Of a stretch of 64,000 nucleotides of DNA, positions 59,384 through 64,000 are shown in pieces; the first letter of the stretch is position 1, and the number at the start of each line of letters is the position of its first letter. This DNA is from an uncultured Bdellovibrionales bacterium (lineage in GTDB: Bacteria > Bdellovibrionota_G > JALEGL01 > JAGRMV01): positions 2,533 to 66,532 of the forward strand of contig CAZCBX010000002.1 of NCBI GenBank assembly GCA_964497185.1, in the 5' to 3' direction. Below the pieces are notes generated by a model. That model saw nothing but the letters and a program-made list of their open reading frames with translations. It searched no databases and was not told the DNA's origin. A program made the translations under genes and the position numbers.

Positions 59384-60368
59384 ATTCGATCAGTCGAATG
59401 ACATTTTCAACAGGGGTTCGGGGTTTGATGCCATGGCCCAAATTAAAAATATAGCCAGGTCGGCCATCAACTTCAGCCAATATGCGGTCGGTTTCTTTTT
59501 GAATCACCGAAAAATCTTCCAGCAGCACGTCTTGGTTTAAATTGCCTTGAATGGGCATAAAGTCCAGCGTGGGCCAAATTTGATCAATGTTTACATCGCT
59601 GTCCAGTCCCATGACCGTTGAGCCAGCTTGTTTCATCGTTGGCAAAAGTTCGCGAGTGCGCGTACCAAAATAGATGGTGGGCACTTGAGACATCGCCGCA
59701 AAAATTCGTTTCATATGGGGCAGTACATGCGCTGTGTACTCTTCAGGCGTCAGCAAACTGATCCAGCTGTCGAAAAGCTGAATAACGTCCGCTCCGTGTT
59801 GTACTTGCATGTTTAAATAAGCAATGGTGCCGTCGGTAAGATGGGTCATCAGGGTTTGAAAAGCTTCTGGATCTTCTTGCATGAGCGTGCGCACGTGCCG
59901 AAAATCTTTGGATTTCCCCCCTTCAATGCAGTAGGTGGCCACGGTGAAGGGCGCCCCTGCAAAACCAATCAGTGCTTTGTGGGCGGGTAATGCGCGACGC
60001 GTTTGGCGCAAGGCATGACCCACGTAGGTGAGTTCTTCGATATCAATTTTTTCAGGGTAGGGCGCGCGGGTTCCAGCGCGCAAGGGATTATGAATGATGG
60101 GGCCATGGTTTTTGGCAAACTCCAGCTTAAAGCCCAAGCATTCGGTGATCAGCAAAATATCTGCAAAAATAATGGCCGCGTCTGCACCGATGGTTTCGCA
60201 TGCAAATACCGTGGTTTCACAGACCAGTTCCGGTGCTTTGCACAGTTCTAAAAAAGATACTTTGGCACGAAGATCGCGGTATTCTTTCATGTAACGTCCG
60301 GCCTGGCGCATGAGCCAGACTGGGGTATGAGACACTGGTTTTTGGGCGATGGCATCAAGTAGCAACAT
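59358..60368 (-). CDS. hemE: Uroporphyrinogen decarboxylase.
   Basis: PVWLMRQAGRYM N-terminal signature; 336 aa. Confidence 0.9.
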   Translation of the reverse strand: MLLLDAIAQKPVSHTPVWLMRQAGRYMKEYRDLRAKVSFLELCKAPELVCETTVFACETIGADAAIIFADILLITECLGFKLEFAKNHGPIIHNPLRAGTRAPYPEKIDIEELTYVGHALRQTRRALPAHKALIGFAGAPFTVATYCIEGGKSKDFRHVRTLMQEDPEAFQTLMTHLTDGTIAYLNMQVQHGADVIQLFDSWISLLTPEEYTAHVLPHMKRIFAAMSQVPTIYFGTRTRELLPTMKQAGSTVMGLDSDVNIDQIWPTLDFMPIQGNLNQDVLLEDFSVIQKETDRILAEVDGRPGYIFNLGHGIKPRTPVENVIRLIEYVHEQTQA

Positions 60369-60475
60369 GAGGGGGTTGTATCATAAACTGGGTAGAACAG
60401 CATGAAAGTTTCACTGTTCGCGTTAAAAGTTTTACCCTTTCCACCATGCACTCTTTTTTTTACAGTGCTGTGGAG

Positions 60476-61123
60476 CTAAAGTGCGCTGGCGCGACAGTTG
60501 CCTACACCGGCTTGAATGGTTCGGTCGCTGGGGATGGTGTCGATAACGGTGCCAGCAGAATTTCGCTCGACCAGCTCGACCACCCCTGCGCGACTGGACT
60601 CAATTTCGCGCGCGCTTTTGGAGTCTTCATCGATGCCTTCTCCAATAATGCATATCTGTTGGCCATGGCGCACCACTGTATTGGGGGTGGTCGACTTATC
60701 TACGCGAACGGTAAAGCCTTGAGGATCGTACATCACAATGCCTCGGTGTTGGATGAGGGGTGTACAGTTTTTACAAAACACCACGTCACTGTCAAAAGTG
60801 TAAAGACGTAGAATGTCTTCATTGCCAAAACATCGGTCTTGCAACGGGACCCCGTTGGTATCCAGGGCAGGGTTGTATGCAAAGACGCGTTCTCCGCCAC
60901 TATTGGAAAAAAAACACACCCCGACATATTTGTTTTGAAGGGCGGCAGTGGATTGTGCAAAGAGCAAAATATTCAACATTTCATTGGCGGTGGTGTTCAA
61001 ACGGGTGAGTTTTCGATCGGGTGAAAAAGTGGCGATGGATAAAGTAATCAAAATGGTGGCAATGAGTAAGGTGACGGCCATCTCAATCAAATTAAAGCCT
61101 TGATTGGAAAAAGTGCGTTGCAT
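60476..61123 (-). CDS. Type IV minor pilin (FimT/GspH-like) with a prepilin N-methylation motif.
   Basis: GFNLIEMAVTLLIATILI class III signal motif after a short leader. Confidence 0.6.
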   Translation of the reverse strand: MQRTFSNQGFNLIEMAVTLLIATILITLSIATFSPDRKLTRLNTTANEMLNILLFAQSTAALQNKYVGVCFFSNSGGERVFAYNPALDTNGVPLQDRCFGNEDILRLYTFDSDVVFCKNCTPLIQHRGIVMYDPQGFTVRVDKSTTPNTVVRHGQQICIIGEGIDEDSKSAREIESSRAGVVELVERNSAGTVIDTIPSDRTIQAGVGNCRASAL

Positions 61124-61244
61124 GGAACCATTATACCGCCTTTTATTTCAATCCATAAAGAGGTTTTTTCTCAAAGGTTTCATATAAGTGCTCGAAAACA
61201 AAAATAACTTGTCCAAAGGGCGGATGAAAAGGTAAAATATAACC

Positions 61245-61709
61245 ATGTTCAAATACTTGTTTAAAAACCGTCGCTGGATCAAATTCATCGATCCAAAGCA
61301 GCAAACGCGTCTGGCTTTGGAAATCGTATTGCTGGTTTTGCTTTTTCCGGTCTTGTTTTACATTTTGACCGTCAGCGAGCTGTGGTCCACCATATTCTTT
61401 GGTGACCAGGCAGAAGTGATGCGCAACTTGTTTTACAGCCAGCTGATGCTAATGACCAAGGCTTGGCACGTCATTTTGCTCATTGTGTTATTCATCGCAT
61501 TTTTAAGCGTCTTTTTTACCCATAAATTGTTTGGCCCGATTTATCGCTTCACCCAAGCGCTCGAAGAAAAGATGGAAGGCCAAAAAGACATTTATGCAGA
61601 CATTCGCAAAGGCGACTATTTTGAAGAATTTGCACAACTGGTCAAACGCATCACCCGAGACGATGTAGAGTTGAAAGTGCCCCATGAACCCACGGACACA
61701 CAAAGGTAA
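61245..61709 (+). CDS. Small 2TM membrane protein with a C-terminal HAMP-like module (stand-alone).
   Basis: TM1, loop, TM2, then HKLFGPIYRFTQALEE...GDYFEEFAQLVKRI (HAMP-like). Paralog of 61719..62249 and of the LspA C-terminal extension. Confidence 0.4.
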   Translation: MFKYLFKNRRWIKFIDPKQQTRLALEIVLLVLLFPVLFYILTVSELWSTIFFGDQAEVMRNLFYSQLMLMTKAWHVILLIVLFIAFLSVFFTHKLFGPIYRFTQALEEKMEGQKDIYADIRKGDYFEEFAQLVKRITRDDVELKVPHEPTDTQR

Positions 61710-61718
61710 TTCAAACAA

Positions 61719-62249
61719 ATGTGGAAAAAACTAAACGAAAAACTTTTTAAAACCAAGCGCACCACCATTTGGATTGTGCCCGATAGCCAAACGCAATTTA
61801 TTTGGGATTTGGTGAAACACTATGTGCTAATATTGTTTGTTTTTATTTTTTTTGCGTACATGCCACCGTTTGCGGGCATGTTTTCCATCCACTCTGTGGA
61901 AGCCCATCAATCCGCCTTTCGTGACTTTGTAGCAATCAATCAAGCCAAATGGCCTTTGTGGTTGGTCTTAGCGCTTGTTTTTGTTTTTTACGCAGTCATG
62001 ATCTCTCACCGCATTTTTGGACCTTTGTTCAAACTTAGAAGCTACCTAGAACAAGACCAAAATGAGTCTCTTTCTTATCCGCTGTCTTTTCGCGAGGGGG
62101 ATTATCATGGTTCTTTGCCAGAAGTCATCAACGGCTATCGGCAAAGTCAACTCGCCCAAAAGGAGCAAATTTTACTTGAGCTGCAACAATTGGCTGAAAA
62201 ATACCCCCAAGACTCGCAGCTTCAAGCGCTTATTCAAAAACTATCGTAA
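61719..62249 (+). CDS. Small 2TM membrane protein with a HAMP-like module, paralog of 61245..61709.
   Basis: Shared motifs I(V/D)P(D/K)(S/Q)QT and SHRIFGPLFKLRSYLEQ...GDYHGSLPEVINGY. Confidence 0.4.
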   Translation: MWKKLNEKLFKTKRTTIWIVPDSQTQFIWDLVKHYVLILFVFIFFAYMPPFAGMFSIHSVEAHQSAFRDFVAINQAKWPLWLVLALVFVFYAVMISHRIFGPLFKLRSYLEQDQNESLSYPLSFREGDYHGSLPEVINGYRQSQLAQKEQILLELQQLAEKYPQDSQLQALIQKLS

Positions 62250-62281
62250 CGTTCAATGAATGATTAATGAAGGAGTCGTAA

Positions 62282-63187
62282 ATGATGATCCACGCCCTAC
62301 AGCCCCGCCGTCGAGCCCATCGTGGCATGACTTTTATCGAACTAATGGTTGGCATGGTCTTAACTGGCGTCATCATTACCTCTACGTATCGAATCTTTAA
62401 GTCGACCAGCAAAAGCACCATTCAAAATGTTGAAAGCAGCAAAGCGGAGCTGGATGTAAAACGTTTTGTTTCGATGGTCAGCAATGACATTGAGCGTGCA
62501 GGCAGTGATCCTACAGGCCGAGCGCTGTATGGCTACATTAAATTTGATGAATGTGGTCCCGCCTCAGCCGACCCTGAATATCAAGCGCCGGTGCAAATCG
62601 TCTATGGCATCAATCCGGCACCCGCCAATGAAGATTGTTCTGTGCAAATTGGTGAATTCGGTTTGATGTCCTATTTGCCATTTGATGAAAACAATGATGG
62701 CGAGATTGGCCCAGAAGAGGGATTGTCTTTTGATGCCGATGACAACGGTACCGTGGACCCCTACGAGGGATTGGGTGTGGGGGTGTTGGCTAGTCCCTTA
62801 CTGCGCAAAGAGACGGACGATTACATTGTGTATGACTTATACGACAGTGATGGAGATGGTTTGGACGATACCATTCGCAGAATCAATGTTGGCAATGCGT
62901 TTGATGACACCGATGATGTGGCCGAAGACGTACTGCGCAATGTGGCAGACATTGAGGTTCAATACTTTGGCATTGTTGCCGGCACTGATGGAGAATATGG
63001 CGAGATTGACAACTTGACGTTTTTTAACAACATGCGCGAAATTCAAATTACCGTGTATTCACTCTACGGTGATTTTGACCCAGGATACACCAATCCTTTT
63101 TTCGACAGTGATCACCCTTATTACAATCATCGCACCAACCGAACCGTATTTCGGGTCGGAGTGAATGTGATTAAGCCCGAAGCTTAA
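62282..63187 (+). CDS. Type IV minor pilin (PilW-like) with Asp-rich Ca-binding-type loops.
   Basis: Leader MMIHALQPRRRAHRG then MTFIELMVGMVL (prepilin cleavage/methylation motif). DENNDGEIGPEE, DADDNGTVDPYE and DSDGDGLDD loops of DxDxDG type. Confidence 0.55.
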   Translation: MMIHALQPRRRAHRGMTFIELMVGMVLTGVIITSTYRIFKSTSKSTIQNVESSKAELDVKRFVSMVSNDIERAGSDPTGRALYGYIKFDECGPASADPEYQAPVQIVYGINPAPANEDCSVQIGEFGLMSYLPFDENNDGEIGPEEGLSFDADDNGTVDPYEGLGVGVLASPLLRKETDDYIVYDLYDSDGDGLDDTIRRINVGNAFDDTDDVAEDVLRNVADIEVQYFGIVAGTDGEYGEIDNLTFFNNMREIQITVYSLYGDFDPGYTNPFFDSDHPYYNHRTNRTVFRVGVNVIKPEA

Positions 63188-63221
63188 TTTCGAATGGATT
63201 TGAAGTTTCTGTGAGATTCAT

Positions 63222-63297
63222 GGGGCCCGAGGCCGTTCGCATTCACGGGGTCTCCACAGCAAAGCGAGCACTTAGCGAGCTTCAAGCCCAAAAAACC
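63222..63297. repeat. Degenerate family-2-like repeat (hybrid arms gggcccgagg ... caagcccaaaaaac).
   Basis: Shares both arm types and a degraded core (ggggtctcc...gcgagc..ttagcgagc). Confidence 0.4.
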
Positions 63298-63412
63298 GTG
63301 ACCTCAAGCAACTTTGAAACCCATGAGTTGGCCACTGCATCCAGGGCCAAAAGATCGTGGCTAGATATATTGCGTGACTGCTTGAAATGCGCAACAGCAC
63401 TTCGATATTTGG

Positions 63413-63997
63413 CTACAATAAATTGATGACAAACTTTTCAAAAACGGCTTCTTTGCAATTGCCGTTTTTGTCGCGATAGGCGGCAGATACTTTGATAAGG
63501 ACTCTGTTGTCGTCTGGCTCGTCACAGTACAGACTATTGGGGCGGTCGTTGGAGTCTACAAGGTCACAGGGCGTGGCATCTTTGGGGTCTTGATCGTACA
63601 GCGTTACTTTGTCGGGGTGGGTGTTGTCTTGGCAGACCATGTGATGCAGAAAATAAATAAAAGGTCCTTCGTTGGAGCCGTCGTCGGGTTCACCATAGAT
63701 GTTTAAATTTTCTTGTGAGATCACTTCTGCACCTGGACCTCCCAAACGCAATTTTTCATCCGCGGTAACACCTGTACCAAGGGCAGCATATTGTATTTTA
63801 GACAATTCATTGATTTTGGCTTTGGCCAAAGTAATGGCGTTTTCGTAATTGTTTCGATTGGTCTTGGTAATCATCACTTGCGAAAGCATACCCGCCATGC
63901 CCAAAAAGCCGATGGATAACACAACCATGGTGACCATGGCCTCGATAATGGAGATTCCTTTGCAGCTTGACGTGGGGAACGGATGTTTCCACCTCAA
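63413..63997 (-). CDS. Type IV pilus minor pilin PilV-like.
   Basis: GISIIEAMVTMVVLSIGFLGMAGM matches the PilV N-terminal consensus; 194 aa. Confidence 0.65.
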   Translation of the reverse strand: MRWKHPFPTSSCKGISIIEAMVTMVVLSIGFLGMAGMLSQVMITKTNRNNYENAITLAKAKINELSKIQYAALGTGVTADEKLRLGGPGAEVISQENLNIYGEPDDGSNEGPFIYFLHHMVCQDNTHPDKVTLYDQDPKDATPCDLVDSNDRPNSLYCDEPDDNRVLIKVSAAYRDKNGNCKEAVFEKFVINLL

Positions 63998-64000
63998 GGG

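Noticed and set aside
1-64000. tRNA or rRNA genes.
   Set aside because: No T-loop GGTTCGAATCC-type motifs in cloverleaf context and no rRNA-like conserved stretches were seen. This cannot be fully excluded without tRNAscan/Infernal.

Overview
This 64-kb window is gene-dense bacterial chromosome (not a plasmid or phage) from a Gram-negative-type organism. It carries LspA, an OMP beta-barrel, type IV minor pilins and periplasmic lipoproteins, at moderate GC with a few AT-rich islets.

Content in order:
- 3' part of a giant DUF11-type tandem-repeat surface protein (at least 13 near-identical 375-bp in-frame repeats)
- Housekeeping genes: sod, topA, HIT, an SSS transporter, ROK glucokinase, dcd, leuS, rpmE-rpmG-rpmB, and heme genes hemH, hemB, hemY, hemE
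- A Zrg-like zinc ABC importer operon that runs into an out-of-context S14 gene and sufE
- A peroxide-stress island (Fur-family regulator, ahpC, ahpD-like, dps, delta-9 desaturase) whose promoters share a candidate operator TTTAGA-N5-TCTAAA
- A lipid-modification operon (35758-43965) of CFA-synthase-like methylases, two FAD-dependent oxidoreductases, DUF1365, SRPBCC, DUF1295 and DUF1499
- phoBR-pstCAB-phoU, and a nupC operon with a BMP-like lipoprotein
- A minor-pilin cluster (FimT, PilW and PilV-like)
- Toxin-antitoxin pairs: RES with Xre, RelE/ParE with an RHH antitoxin, and a possible NTase cassette

The most unusual observations are:
- In the lipid operon, a DUF1365 oxygenase-type domain is fused in frame to a CFA-synthase-like methylase. 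The operon resembles bacterial furan-fatty-acid-type clusters.
- A lipoprotein signal peptidase II is fused to a 2TM-HAMP module. Two stand-alone paralogs of that module sit inside the pilin cluster.
- Two families of intergenic palindromic repeats. One keeps a ~35-nt core while its flanking stems vary in a compensatory way.
- A ~125-bp duplication of the SSS-transporter 5' end brackets an inserted AT-rich NTase cassette.
- A 143-bp element has perfect 23-bp terminal inverted repeats.

No rRNA, tRNA or CRISPR array was found.
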